From positions 1,267 through 65,266 of the forward strand of contig CAZVMD010000006.1 of assembly GCA_964628555.1 (NCBI GenBank): a stretch of 64,000 nt of DNA, read 5' to 3'. The notes beneath the pieces were generated by a model. That model saw nothing but the letters and a program-made list of their open reading frames with translations. It was not told the origin of the DNA and made no database searches. This document shows positions 48,263 to 59,319 of this stretch, piece by piece. Made by a program: the position numbers and the translations under genes. Positions within the stretch are counted from its first letter, which is position 1. The number at the start of each line of letters is the position of its first letter. This DNA is from an uncultured Myxococcales bacterium (GTDB lineage: Bacteria > Myxococcota_A > Polyangia > Palsa-1104 > JAEUJZ01).

Positions 48263-48655
48263 TTAGAGGGGGGGGGACGGCTCAGCAAGGCTCATTCGCT
48301 CGACCCACCGCTTTAGGTAGCCGCGGATGTGCGTCTTGGGGATGGCATCGTCGGCGCCGGCCGCCAGCAGGTGACGATTTGAGTCGCTGGAGCGTGAGAT
48401 CCCCACGAGGTGCAGCGGCACACCAACGCTGTGGCGATAGCGGTTGAGTGTGGCCATGGCCTCGGCGCCGCTCTGTTCTCCACGCATCGAATAGTCCATC
48501 AGCACGATGCGCGGCCGACGCTGCTTGACGAGGTCCAGGGCCTCATCGGCGTGTTCGAAGACATGCAGATCGATCTGCGGCAGCCGATACTGGTGAGCCC
48601 GGCCGTGCAGCTCATCGTCGAAGATGAACACCGTCAGAGGCTGCTGGGGGGTCAT
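48263..48655 (-). CDS. Single-domain response regulator (CheY-like receiver)
   Basis: Receiver fold with conserved acidic residues (FIFDDE, VLMDYSM) and a Lys near the C-terminus (IPKT). Overlaps the upstream PAP2 gene by 4 nt. Confidence 0.75.
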   Translation of the reverse strand: MTPQQPLTVFIFDDELHGRAHQYRLPQIDLHVFEHADEALDLVKQRRPRIVLMDYSMRGEQSGAEAMATLNRYRHSVGVPLHLVGISRSSDSNRHLLAAGADDAIPKTHIRGYLKRWVERMSLAEPSPPL

Positions 48656-49674
48656 TCCGTGCCCTCCGGGTCCTCGCCGTGGAATTTTTTTACGAGCAGC
48701 GAGCTTAGCCAGGCGGCGATGAGCCCGTTGGCGATGCCAGCGATGACATCGACGACGTAGTGCATGCGCAGATAGATCGTCGAGAGAATCAAGATGACCG
48801 CCGGCAGCAGGGTCAGGTAGGGCAGCGGTCGGAACAGATGCCGCAAGCGAAAGCTAAACGCGATCGAGATCACTCCGGTTGCGGTGTGCAGCGACGGAAA
48901 TGCGTCGTCGGTAACCACCTGCATGGCGTTCCAGCCAGCGATAGCCCAGTCGTAATAGCCAAAGGCTCCGTGCAGGGGCGCGACGTCGGCGAAGAAGTAA
49001 CGCGGCCCGCGGGCGGGCACCAGCATGTACAGGAAGAACCCCAGGCCGAGCTCGAGCACCAGCGCAAGCTGAGTCGCACGAAACGCTTGCCGGTAGCGCA
49101 TCCGCGGCGTGCCATCGTTGTCGTTTACCGTCGGGATATAGGCCGGCGCAACGGTCAGCATCAGCACCAGGTACGACGAATATCCCAGCGCCATGATCTC
49201 GGTCAGCAGCGGGCTGCGAAAGGGCGCCAGCATCTCGCTCGGCACGCCGCCGAACAGCCAGCGATCGAGCGCCGCCAGCTCTGGGTCGAGGGCCCGGCCA
49301 TGGACTAGCCGGGTGTAGGGATCGACCTGAACGTAGAGGGCGATCAGGGCGACGAAGGGACCCCACTCGGCCAGCCCATGCCAAAACGGTCGCCGGCACA
49401 GGAAGCAGACAAACATGCCGAGGAGCGCGCCGAGCAGCGGCTCCCACATCATGGTCAGGTTGAAGCGCAGCTGGCCGCCGACCGCGACGACCATGCCGAG
49501 GATAAGTACCCAAAAGCCGAGCGCGACAAAGCCATCGATGCCGAGGACTTCGATGCTTCGTCGGGCGGCTGAGGGAACGGTAGGAGTCGCTGTACTCGCG
49601 GCGTCGTCGAGGACAAGCGGGGGATGGTCGATTTGTTCAACCTCTCCGGGAGGGGCGGTGTTCTCGTCGATCAC
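48652..49674 (-). CDS. PAP2-superfamily membrane protein (lipid phosphatase / sphingolipid-synthase-like)
   Basis: Six TM helices. PAP2 motifs PSLH and YLRMHYVVDVIAG (C2/C3). Confidence 0.7.
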   Translation of the reverse strand: MIDENTAPPGEVEQIDHPPLVLDDAASTATPTVPSAARRSIEVLGIDGFVALGFWVLILGMVVAVGGQLRFNLTMMWEPLLGALLGMFVCFLCRRPFWHGLAEWGPFVALIALYVQVDPYTRLVHGRALDPELAALDRWLFGGVPSEMLAPFRSPLLTEIMALGYSSYLVLMLTVAPAYIPTVNDNDGTPRMRYRQAFRATQLALVLELGLGFFLYMLVPARGPRYFFADVAPLHGAFGYYDWAIAGWNAMQVVTDDAFPSLHTATGVISIAFSFRLRHLFRPLPYLTLLPAVILILSTIYLRMHYVVDVIAGIANGLIAAWLSSLLVKKFHGEDPEGTE

Positions 49675-49898
49675 GGATGGGCCTACTCAAGAACTACATA
49701 TCTGAAGTCGAGCCGACGGCCAACGAGGTTGCGCGGGAATGTTGTAAGCATGGGCTGTGCCGCTCTCTTGACGGCCGGGCAAGCGTGCTTAGCTTGCGTT
49801 GCTGAAAACCTGAACATCAACGCAATCTAGCGCGGTTTCCTGCATGCTCTCTGGTCGACACGCCGACCTGGTGGGCGCAGCCGCTCGGAGGAGAGCCA

Positions 49899-51836
<1,938 letters not shown>

Positions 51837-51846
51837 CGCTCTCCCC

Positions 51847-51905
51847 GTGCCAGAGCTTCCCGGCTCCCCTCTTTGGGGCAGGGGGCTCTGGCACGACTGT
51901 TTTTA
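51847..51905 (+). terminator. Rho-independent terminator downstream of dnaK
   Basis: GTGCCAGAGC...GCTCTGGCAC 10-bp perfect stem enclosing a second G/C-rich inner stem, followed by GACTGTTTTTA. Confidence 0.6.
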
Positions 51906-51957
51906 GGCCCTCGACTCGCCCACCGCCCGCCGCCCGCCGCCTACAACCCGCCGCCGA

Positions 51958-53448
51958 CTAGCGCTTCCACAGACGGTCGCTAGACCGCTGCAGCAGGCCG
52001 CGCAGCCAGATGCGCTGCTCGGGGTCGGCTGCTTCACTGCGTTCGCGCGCCGGCTCCTCTGCCATCCCTGACACCAAGCGAGTGCGCAGATCGCGCGTCG
52101 GCTCGCTATGCAGGCTAGGCAGCTCGCTGGCCCGGCTGGTCACGGCGGCAGGCTCGGCTCCGGCGATCTCCAGCTCGACTTCCAGCGACTGATTGGAGGG
52201 ACGTGGGCTGGCTGGCCGCCTCGGGGGCGGTGTGCCGTCCAGTGAAGCACGCAGCCGCGAACGCGCCACGACCTCGGTCTTCGCCACCCGCTTTTCCCGG
52301 CTTTCCCGACTCAGCAAGTCGACAAAAGAGGCTCGCTGCAGCTCGTTGCTCAGCGTCGACTGCCGTGGCAGCGACTGGCTCGGCAGGGCTGGCAGTGGCT
52401 GGGGGCCGCGCTCCCCCCCTAAGCTGACCCGCGACTCGGCCGGCCCAGGGCGCCCTGGCAGCAGCTTGTCGAGCGAGGTCTTCGATGGCGTCATCCCCGG
52501 AATCGTTCGCTCTTCGCCGGAATCGACCAGGAGCTCGTCGCTGTCGGCAACTGGCGGATGCTCGCCGCTCGACAGCCCGGCCCGTACGGCCAGGAGCTCG
52601 CGCACTAGCTCGTCGGCGCTGACAAAGCGCTGCTCGGCGGCGCTGCCGTTCGGCAGACAGCCGAGCGCCCGCAGCATGAACTCGCCGGCCGCCGTCCCAA
52701 GCAGCTTCAGCAGGGCCTGCCGCTGCTCCGCGCCGATCGGCAGCAGGGCCGGCTGCCCGAAGACCAGCTGGAACAGGATCTGGCCGATCCCACTCAGATC
52801 GGCCTGAATGGCCTGAGTCAGCGGGACGCCTGGCCCAATGCGGCGCAGGCCGTAGAGCCGAGCCGCCGACAGCACCGTCTCGTGCCCTTCGTCGCTGTCG
52901 CTGACGTTGACATAGACCTGCGTCGTGTCGAGGGTGCCGTGGGCAATCCCTTGGCCATGGGCGCTCTGCAAGAGCTTGAGCAGCGGGTACAGGAGCGAGG
53001 TGCCCACGGCGAAGGCCTGGCGCACATCACTGGGCCGCTGCCACTCCCGCAGCGCTAGGCTCAGCGGCTGCTCGGCTCCGAGGCGGCTGGCGAAGAAGCG
53101 CAGGCCGTCGCGGTCCGAGCCCAGCTCGATGAGCTGAAACAAGCCCGGGTGCGGCTCTAGCAAGCGCTGCGCACCGACTTCGCGCTGCATCCGCTCGTCG
53201 AAGTTGCGGCCCGGCGTCTCGTACACAATCGAGAGCGCGGCGCGCTGGCCGTTGATCAGGTGGTAGGCGACGAAGATGCCGCCGCCGACCCGTGGACCCA
53301 GGAAGGCCTCGACTCGCCAGCGCTTCCCTACCACCTCGGGGGCCAGCAGACTGCCATCGTGGCGACAGTAGATGGGCAGGGCCTGGGTCGGCTCAGTGCG
53401 CTCGAAGCTGGCACCGCACTCAAAACAGCGTCGGGACCCGGTCGTCAT
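51958..53448 (-). CDS. Protein-kinase-like protein with an N-terminal zinc ribbon; catalytic motifs degenerate (probable pseudokinase)
   Basis: N-terminal CFECG...C..H ribbon. Kinase-like lobes but no HRDLKPxN (reads IAHGTLDTTQV) and no DFG. Long S/P/R-rich disordered C-terminus. AT-rich promoter-like stretch upstream (53500-53580). Confidence 0.55.
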   Translation of the reverse strand: MTTGSRRCFECGASFERTEPTQALPIYCRHDGSLLAPEVVGKRWRVEAFLGPRVGGGIFVAYHLINGQRAALSIVYETPGRNFDERMQREVGAQRLLEPHPGLFQLIELGSDRDGLRFFASRLGAEQPLSLALREWQRPSDVRQAFAVGTSLLYPLLKLLQSAHGQGIAHGTLDTTQVYVNVSDSDEGHETVLSAARLYGLRRIGPGVPLTQAIQADLSGIGQILFQLVFGQPALLPIGAEQRQALLKLLGTAAGEFMLRALGCLPNGSAAEQRFVSADELVRELLAVRAGLSSGEHPPVADSDELLVDSGEERTIPGMTPSKTSLDKLLPGRPGPAESRVSLGGERGPQPLPALPSQSLPRQSTLSNELQRASFVDLLSRESREKRVAKTEVVARSRLRASLDGTPPPRRPASPRPSNQSLEVELEIAGAEPAAVTSRASELPSLHSEPTRDLRTRLVSGMAEEPARERSEAADPEQRIWLRGLLQRSSDRLWKR

Positions 53449-53724
53449 GGCTACCTCCAGCGGCTGGCGAGCCCGCTCGATGGCGGTTCGGCGATGTTGG
53501 ATAGAGTACCATAAAAACCGGAAAAACTACAAATTCAGCAAAATCTATGAAGTGCCCGAATTCAGTAAATTCTTGCGGTCACGGCGACGGGTGATGCCCA
53601 GCTGTAGCTGGCTGAACCCTGTGCGACCCGGCGGGCAGACCGCGGTCTGACGTCTGCGACCCGGCTGCGGGATAGTGCGCATCGGGCTCGCTGCCCTTGC
53701 CGCGCTGGCTTCCGTCCGTCCTGA

Positions 53725-55731
53725 CTACTTCGCAGCCGCGGGGGCGGTGTAGTGGCCGGAGCTACTGCCGCGTCTCTGCTCATCCCCTCGCACCCGCGCG
53801 ACCAGCTGGAAGCTGCCGAGCGGCGCCGTGCCAGGGATGGTGAGCTCAAGGGCGAAGCTGCCGTCGGGGCCGGTGACCGTTCGGCCCAGTAGAACGGCCG
53901 CGGGCGACGTCGCCAGATAAAGGTAGACGTCGAGGCCGGCCGCGCTGGCCCCGCGACCTTGGACCTGCACCTGACCCCGCACCGGAACCGCGGCCCCGCG
54001 ATACATCCGTCGGGCAGCACCCACCGAGACACTGACCTGCGTGGGGGCCAGGCGACTCTCCGGGCGGCGGTCGTCGGCCATCGCTAGGTCGTCGGGGGGC
54101 AGTGCTGGCTCGTCGCTGCCGCTCTCTTCGCCACCCTCGCCGGCGAAGTCGACCACGCCTGGGCTGCTGCTGCGACCGCCGGGCCCTGTGCCGGCCGCCG
54201 TGCCTTGGGCGCGGCCGGGGCCGGAGCCTTCCTTGCCATCTCCGCGGCCTGGGCTGGGGTCACCGCTCGTCCCGGGGGGGCCGCTGCCGTCGCGTCCGGG
54301 GGTAGGGCCACTCGCCGCGCGAGCCTTGGCTCGATCCTCTGGACCGTCGAGAGCGGGTAGGGCATCGGTTTTCGCACCAGCCGGACCACGCTCGCTGCGC
54401 TCGCTGCGGCGGGGCAGGCCGGTGACGCTGGGAGCCCGTCCCTGGCGGAAGCGCTCGGGCCGCTCGAAGGGGTCGCCGCCCTTTTCTTGATACGCGGTGC
54501 GTGACTCGCCGCCGAGCACCCGCTGCTGCAGTGGCGCGCCGCCGAGGTTAATCCGGCGCCAGTAGCCGGGCTGGCCACCTGCCGCCGGGATGAAGACCTC
54601 GATAAAGACGTGGAGCTCGTTTTCGACGTAGCGGGTCGGAATGCCGGCCGCCAAGGCGGTGATCGCAAAGGCATAGGAGCGATGGCGGCAGACCCCACGC
54701 TGGCTGAGCGCGATGCGCAGGTACAGCGAGCGCCCGTCGTCCGCCTCGCCAAGCGGGGCGATGCTGAAGTCGCGGAAGTAGCCGACCAAGGTGTTGAGGA
54801 TCTCGAAGTAGTCCGAGGCGGGCGTCGGTCGCAGGCCGATGTGAGCCAGCACGCGGGCTGCCTCGCGTCGCAGCGCGCCCGGCACCGGCGGCACATCCGG
54901 CAGATCGGCCAAGCGCGGGCGCGGCGCCTGCGGCGGGATCAGCGGGCCGGCGAAGTAGCGCTGCGGCGCATCGACCAGATAAACCAGCCGATGGCGACCG
55001 GCCCGGAAGCCCTGCACCGAGACGTTCTCCGCCGAGTCGATGCGAAAGCGCAGCGTGCTGGCCGGCTGCGTCTCATAGGACAGCAGGCGCAGGCCGGCGG
55101 CTGGGGTTGGCAGCGGCACCCACTGCCGCGGCTCGATGTCCACGACCAGCGAGGCATAGAACGGATCGCGCCCTGGCGAGAGGCGATTGCCGTCGACGGG
55201 AAGCTGGCGCGGAGACTCCGGCTGGACATAGAGCCGCCCCTCCTCGTCCACCGCATCGAGGACGGTCATCCGCTTGTAGGGGAAGACGGCGGGGTTGAAG
55301 ACCTCGTGATAGGCGCGCTCGCCGGCTGGCTCGACGCCGGTGTACTCGTCGGGAGCGACGCGCAGGCGACGCAGGGCGGGCGGGTCCTGTCCGGCGGCGG
55401 GTGGAGTGGCCTGCGCCGGGGTGGCCGGGGTGGCCTGGCTGGCCGACGACAGCACCTGCTCATGGGCCAGCGGGGTCGCGCTGCTGCGTGGGGCGCCGAC
55501 CATGCCATCTGGGCCCAGCACGGCATCCGGTAAGGCATCGCTGCGCTCGCCGTCCCGCTTGCACACGCCCTGGAAGCAGCGCAGCGAGGGCGAAGGCACC
55601 GGCTCGTGCAGTACAGGCTGCGCCTGGGCGGAAAACAGCGGCAGTCCGCAGAGCAGCGCCAGCCCCAGACGCAGACGGCGCGGCACAGGGCGAGGCGCAG
55701 GAGGGGAGGGCGCAGACACGAGGGCCATCAT
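53725..55731 (-). CDS. Secreted transglutaminase-like cysteine protease superfamily protein with a Gly/Pro/Ser-rich linker and a C-terminal Ig-like region
   Basis: Signal LRLGLALLCGLPLFSAQA. Transglutaminase-core motif GVCRHRSYAFAITALAAGIPTRYV...HVFIEVFI (Cys-His-Asp/Glu triad arrangement). Confidence 0.6.
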   Translation of the reverse strand: MMALVSAPSPPAPRPVPRRLRLGLALLCGLPLFSAQAQPVLHEPVPSPSLRCFQGVCKRDGERSDALPDAVLGPDGMVGAPRSSATPLAHEQVLSSASQATPATPAQATPPAAGQDPPALRRLRVAPDEYTGVEPAGERAYHEVFNPAVFPYKRMTVLDAVDEEGRLYVQPESPRQLPVDGNRLSPGRDPFYASLVVDIEPRQWVPLPTPAAGLRLLSYETQPASTLRFRIDSAENVSVQGFRAGRHRLVYLVDAPQRYFAGPLIPPQAPRPRLADLPDVPPVPGALRREAARVLAHIGLRPTPASDYFEILNTLVGYFRDFSIAPLGEADDGRSLYLRIALSQRGVCRHRSYAFAITALAAGIPTRYVENELHVFIEVFIPAAGGQPGYWRRINLGGAPLQQRVLGGESRTAYQEKGGDPFERPERFRQGRAPSVTGLPRRSERSERGPAGAKTDALPALDGPEDRAKARAASGPTPGRDGSGPPGTSGDPSPGRGDGKEGSGPGRAQGTAAGTGPGGRSSSPGVVDFAGEGGEESGSDEPALPPDDLAMADDRRPESRLAPTQVSVSVGAARRMYRGAAVPVRGQVQVQGRGASAAGLDVYLYLATSPAAVLLGRTVTGPDGSFALELTIPGTAPLGSFQLVARVRGDEQRRGSSSGHYTAPAAAK

Positions 55732-55779
55732 ATCAGCGCCCGCCGTCGGCAGCATCGCCGGCCACCGCAGCGAGGGCAG

Positions 55780-56787
55780 CTAGTCGATGCGCACCACAGA
55801 CTCGCCGACCTGCTCGCGCTGGTGATTGAACAGCGGCAGGTGCCAGTAGGGGCGCAGGGCCTCTAGCTCAGCGGGGCTGAGCCAGCCCAGGTGCGCGGCC
55901 AGGCGGCAGACCACCGCATCCGTGAGCCGACTGTTGCCGTCCTCGATCTTGATCGCCAGGCCGCCTCGGCCTTCGGCTCCCAGGGCATAGATGCCATCGG
56001 CGCCGACCTTGCCGACCAGGCGACCGCCGGTGACCTCGACCAGGCTGGTGCACAGCCGGCCCGCTCCCGCCACCATGCGCGGTGCGCCGCGCAGCGCCGC
56101 CAGGATGCTGGCTCCGGCCGCCTGATGCGGGGCCGGCAGCGCCCCATGCAGCAGCCGCAGGTAGCCCAGGGCCAGCGAGCGCAGCGACGAGCGAAAGACC
56201 ACTGCCCCGCAGCCGTCGACCGCCGTGTCGATGTCGGCGATCGGCACCTCGGTCACCTGCGCCAGGTGGTGCAGGATCTCCTGCTGCAGCGGGTGGTGCA
56301 GCCGGTTGTAGTCGGCGATCGGCCAGCCGCGGGCCAAGCAGGCGGCCAGCATGCCGCTGTGCTTGCCCGAGCAGTTGTTGTGCAAGCGGGTCGGCGACTG
56401 GCCGCTCTCGGCCAGCAGCTTGGCCTCAGGGGATCCTAGGGGAATGTGCGGACCGCAGTGCAGCGCCTCAGGAGATAACCCGATCTTGGCCAGCATGCCG
56501 GCGGCCACGGCGACATGGGCCTCGCCGCCGCTATGTGAGGCGCAGGCCAGCGCTAGCTCCTCGCGGCTGAAGCCGAAGCGATCGATGGCGCCGCTGTGAA
56601 ACAAGGACAGCGCCTGGATGAACTTGGCGGCCGAGCGCCAGAACACCTTGGCCTCGCCATCCCCGCTCTCGTAAAGCGGCGGCGTGTCGGGGCCGGCGTC
56701 TTTGGGCAGGACGATGGCGCGAACGCAGCTAACCGATTCGACATGGTCGCCGCGCAGAGTCAGAGCGAAAATAGAGATCGGCTGCAT
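55780..56787 (-). CDS. Asparaginase-II-family (PF06089-like) protein
   Basis: Conserved CSGKHSGMLAAC motif and family length (~335 aa). Confidence 0.7.
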   Translation of the reverse strand: MQPISIFALTLRGDHVESVSCVRAIVLPKDAGPDTPPLYESGDGEAKVFWRSAAKFIQALSLFHSGAIDRFGFSREELALACASHSGGEAHVAVAAGMLAKIGLSPEALHCGPHIPLGSPEAKLLAESGQSPTRLHNNCSGKHSGMLAACLARGWPIADYNRLHHPLQQEILHHLAQVTEVPIADIDTAVDGCGAVVFRSSLRSLALGYLRLLHGALPAPHQAAGASILAALRGAPRMVAGAGRLCTSLVEVTGGRLVGKVGADGIYALGAEGRGGLAIKIEDGNSRLTDAVVCRLAAHLGWLSPAELEALRPYWHLPLFNHQREQVGESVVRID

Positions 56788-56792
56788 GGACG

Positions 56793-57815
56793 TTAGAAGC
56801 TCCCGCTGCCACCCGACATGCAGCTCTTGCAGTCAGGATCCATGGGCCGCTTGTCGCAGTCCAGGGGGCAGTAGCCAACCCGGTTAAACGGCTTCTGCAC
56901 TAGCTCGCAGGTGACGGTCTTGCCGTCGACGGTCATCTCGCCATAGCCGCCGCTCTTTTTGAACTGCTCCGAGCAGGTGACCTGGGCTGGCGTGGTGGTG
57001 GCCCAGGCGGGCAGGACCGGCAGCGGCGACTCGCTGTTGGCCAGCGGATAGTCGCCCTCGCTGCATACCGAGGCGACGACGCAGTCGGTGGGCAGCGGGT
57101 TCTTCACATCGCCCGCTTTGATCGTGTAGCAGAGCTTAAAGTGCCCGACGCAATCGACGGTCAGCTTGTTCGGCGACCAGGGCTTGGAGGGCACCATGAT
57201 CTTGCCGTCCATCATCTTTTCGCAGGTCGGCGTGGTACCGGTTAGCACCGACGAGGCGGCGCCCATGTGCTTGCCATCGCTGCCGGTGTAAAAGCAGGGC
57301 ACGACGTTGTCGAGCGCCCAGCGGCCGGCCGAGAAGCAGTTGCAGGCCTCCTTGCCGGTCGTGGTGCCGGGGATGGGCAGGATGTAGCCCTCGCAGGGGC
57401 CCCAGACTTGGCCGATCTCGCCATTGGGGACGCAGCGGGTGACGCCATCCTGGCAGATGCCCAGGCCGCGGTTCTTGCGCAGGCCCGGCCAGCAGGCGAC
57501 GGTGTCGCCGAGCTTGGGACAGGGGCAGCCTTGGCGGTTTTTGTCATCTGGGCACTCGGGCGTGCCACCCGGTGGCTTGGGCGGCGGCAGGGTGCCTCCG
57601 TCGAGACCGCAGTACATCGGCGGTGGATCCTGGGCCCAGAAGGCATCGGGATCGAAGCTCAGATCGCGCGGTCCCGGGCCGGTGCCGCCATCGGCATCCC
57701 CGCCATCACCGCCGTTGCCATTGCCAAGCACCATCGTCGAGCAGGCGACCGCCGCTGCCGAGAGCAGGACGACGATGCCGAGCGAGCGCAGTCTGCGAAG
57801 AAGGATTGGGCGCAT
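56793..57815 (-). CDS. Cys-rich secreted lipoprotein (~340 aa, >25 Cys), function unknown
   Basis: Lipobox LLSAAAVAC after MRPILLRR. Gly/Asp-rich linker, then a Cys-dense region. The track ORF is extended at its N-terminus into the crotonase gene. Confidence 0.5.
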   Translation of the reverse strand: MRPILLRRLRSLGIVVLLSAAAVACSTMVLGNGNGGDGGDADGGTGPGPRDLSFDPDAFWAQDPPPMYCGLDGGTLPPPKPPGGTPECPDDKNRQGCPCPKLGDTVACWPGLRKNRGLGICQDGVTRCVPNGEIGQVWGPCEGYILPIPGTTTGKEACNCFSAGRWALDNVVPCFYTGSDGKHMGAASSVLTGTTPTCEKMMDGKIMVPSKPWSPNKLTVDCVGHFKLCYTIKAGDVKNPLPTDCVVASVCSEGDYPLANSESPLPVLPAWATTTPAQVTCSEQFKKSGGYGEMTVDGKTVTCELVQKPFNRVGYCPLDCDKRPMDPDCKSCMSGGSGSF

Positions 57816-57900
57816 GCGCGCACTATAGCCAGGGGCGGGCGAGTTTTCAGGGATTGTCGACAGGCAGGCCGGGGGCGGGCGACGACCGACGCTGCAGCGA

Positions 57901-58707
57901 TTACTGGCCGCGGAACTGCGGCGAGCGCTTGGCAAAGAAGGCGGCGATGCCCTCGCGCACGTCGGCCGACTTGCCGAGCGCGGCCTGGCACTGCGCTTCC
58001 CACTCGATCTGGCTCTGCAGGTCGCTGTCCATGGCGCGCTGCAGGCTGCGCTTGCTGGCGGCCAGGGCCAGCGGCGGGCCCGCGGCGAGCTTGAGACACA
58101 GCGCCTCGACGGCGGCACTGAGCTGCTCGGGAGCGACGGCCCGCCCGACCAGACCGCAGGCTGCGGCCTGCTCACCGCTTAGCACCTCGGCCCCCAGCAG
58201 AAGCTCGGCGGCGCGGCTGGGCCCGACGATGCGCGGCAAGAGCCAGGTGATGGCGAAGTCGCCCGACAGGCCGATGCGATGGAAGACCGCCCCCAGGCTG
58301 GCGGTGGTCGCGGCGATGCGCAGATCGCAGGCCAGGGCCAGCGCCAGGCCGGCTCCCATGCACGGGCCCTCGATGGCGGCGACGACGGGGCGATCGAGCT
58401 CGCACAGCTGACGAATGACCTGGGCATCGCGGACAAGCTGGGCACTGCGGACAGCGAGCGGCCACTCCAGTCGCTCGGGCATGCTGGACAGGTCGCCGCC
58501 CGACGAGAACGCGCCGCCTTCGCCGCGCAAAAGGACCACCCGCACCTGGCTGTCGGCGGCGATGTGTGCAAGCTCCTGCGACAGCGCTTGCCACTCTTGC
58601 GGACCCAGCGCGTTCTTGCGGGCCGGGCGATTGAGGGTCAGCGTCGCCACTCGTCCGTCGCCCAGGCTGCCGCGCAGCACCGACGGTGCTTCAGTCGCCT
58701 CAGACAT
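57901..58707 (-). CDS. Enoyl-CoA hydratase/isomerase (crotonase) family protein
   Basis: LTLNRPARKNAL...GEGGAFSSGGDL...IEGPCMGAGLALALACDLRIA (oxyanion-hole motifs). Start at MSEATE (58707). Confidence 0.85.
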   Translation of the reverse strand: MSEATEAPSVLRGSLGDGRVATLTLNRPARKNALGPQEWQALSQELAHIAADSQVRVVLLRGEGGAFSSGGDLSSMPERLEWPLAVRSAQLVRDAQVIRQLCELDRPVVAAIEGPCMGAGLALALACDLRIAATTASLGAVFHRIGLSGDFAITWLLPRIVGPSRAAELLLGAEVLSGEQAAACGLVGRAVAPEQLSAAVEALCLKLAAGPPLALAASKRSLQRAMDSDLQSQIEWEAQCQAALGKSADVREGIAAFFAKRSPQFRGQ

Positions 58708-59272
58708 TGGCGCCCCCGCTTGTGCGATCGGCCGCAGCGTCCGACTGCAGGTGGGCAAAGGCTGGGCGCAGCTTCTCGTAGGTCGCGGTCATGTGCTCGC
58801 TGAGCACCTTCACATCACCGACCACCGGCATGAAGTTGGTGTCGCCGTTCCAGCGCGGCACGATGTGGAAGTGGGCGTGCTGATCGATCCCCGCCCCGGC
58901 GACGCGGCCGAGGTTCATGCCGAGGTTGCAGCCGTGCGCTGATAGCTCGCGCGTGACGATCGCCACGCTCTTGCGCAGCAGCTCACAGGTGGCTTGGTAT
59001 TCGTCGGTTGGCAGGGCCAGCAGATCGGCGGTGTGGCGACGCGGCACGACCATGACGTGGCCGCTGTTGTAGGGGAAGCGGTTCATGATCACAAAGGCCT
59101 GCGGCGTGCTGCACAAGATCTGATGCTTGTCGTGCGCCGCGCGACCTTCGGCGGGGAAGCGGCAGAAGATGCACTCTTGCGCGCTGTCGGTGGCGCTGCC
59201 GGCGGGAGCGCTGCCACTTGCACTCAAGATGTACGCCATGCGCCAGGGGGCCCAGAGTCGATCGATCGCCAT
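58700..59272 (-). CDS. HIT-family Ap4A phosphorylase-like protein (Rv2613c-like)
   Basis: LWAPWRMAYIL, NRFPYNSGHVMVVPRRH and the histidine triad HAHFHIVPRWNGDTNF parallel M. tuberculosis Rv2613c. GGAGG RBS 8 nt before the ATG at 59272. Confidence 0.75.
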   Translation of the reverse strand: MAIDRLWAPWRMAYILSASGSAPAGSATDSAQECIFCRFPAEGRAAHDKHQILCSTPQAFVIMNRFPYNSGHVMVVPRRHTADLLALPTDEYQATCELLRKSVAIVTRELSAHGCNLGMNLGRVAGAGIDQHAHFHIVPRWNGDTNFMPVVGDVKVLSEHMTATYEKLRPAFAHLQSDAAADRTSGGANV

Positions 59273-59319
59273 CGCGGCGTCCTCCATTGCAAGACGGCCT
59301 ATGCAGAACGGAGACACAG

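Noticed and set aside
51885-51905. TGGCACG element as a sigma-54 -24 box
   Set aside because: It is part of the dnaK terminator stem. There is no TTGC -12 element at the correct spacing and no downstream gene in that orientation.
53449-53724. Sigma-54 promoter or small ORF (MKCPNSVNSCGHGDG) in the AT-rich region
   Set aside because: The GG-to-GC spacing is 16, not 11. The 15-codon ORF has no RBS or support. The region is kept only as a probable promoter for the pseudokinase gene.
56793-58175. 460-aa version of the Cys-rich lipoprotein ORF
   Set aside because: The N-terminal 120 codons overlap the crotonase gene and precede the obvious signal peptide/lipobox start MRPILLRR at 57815.
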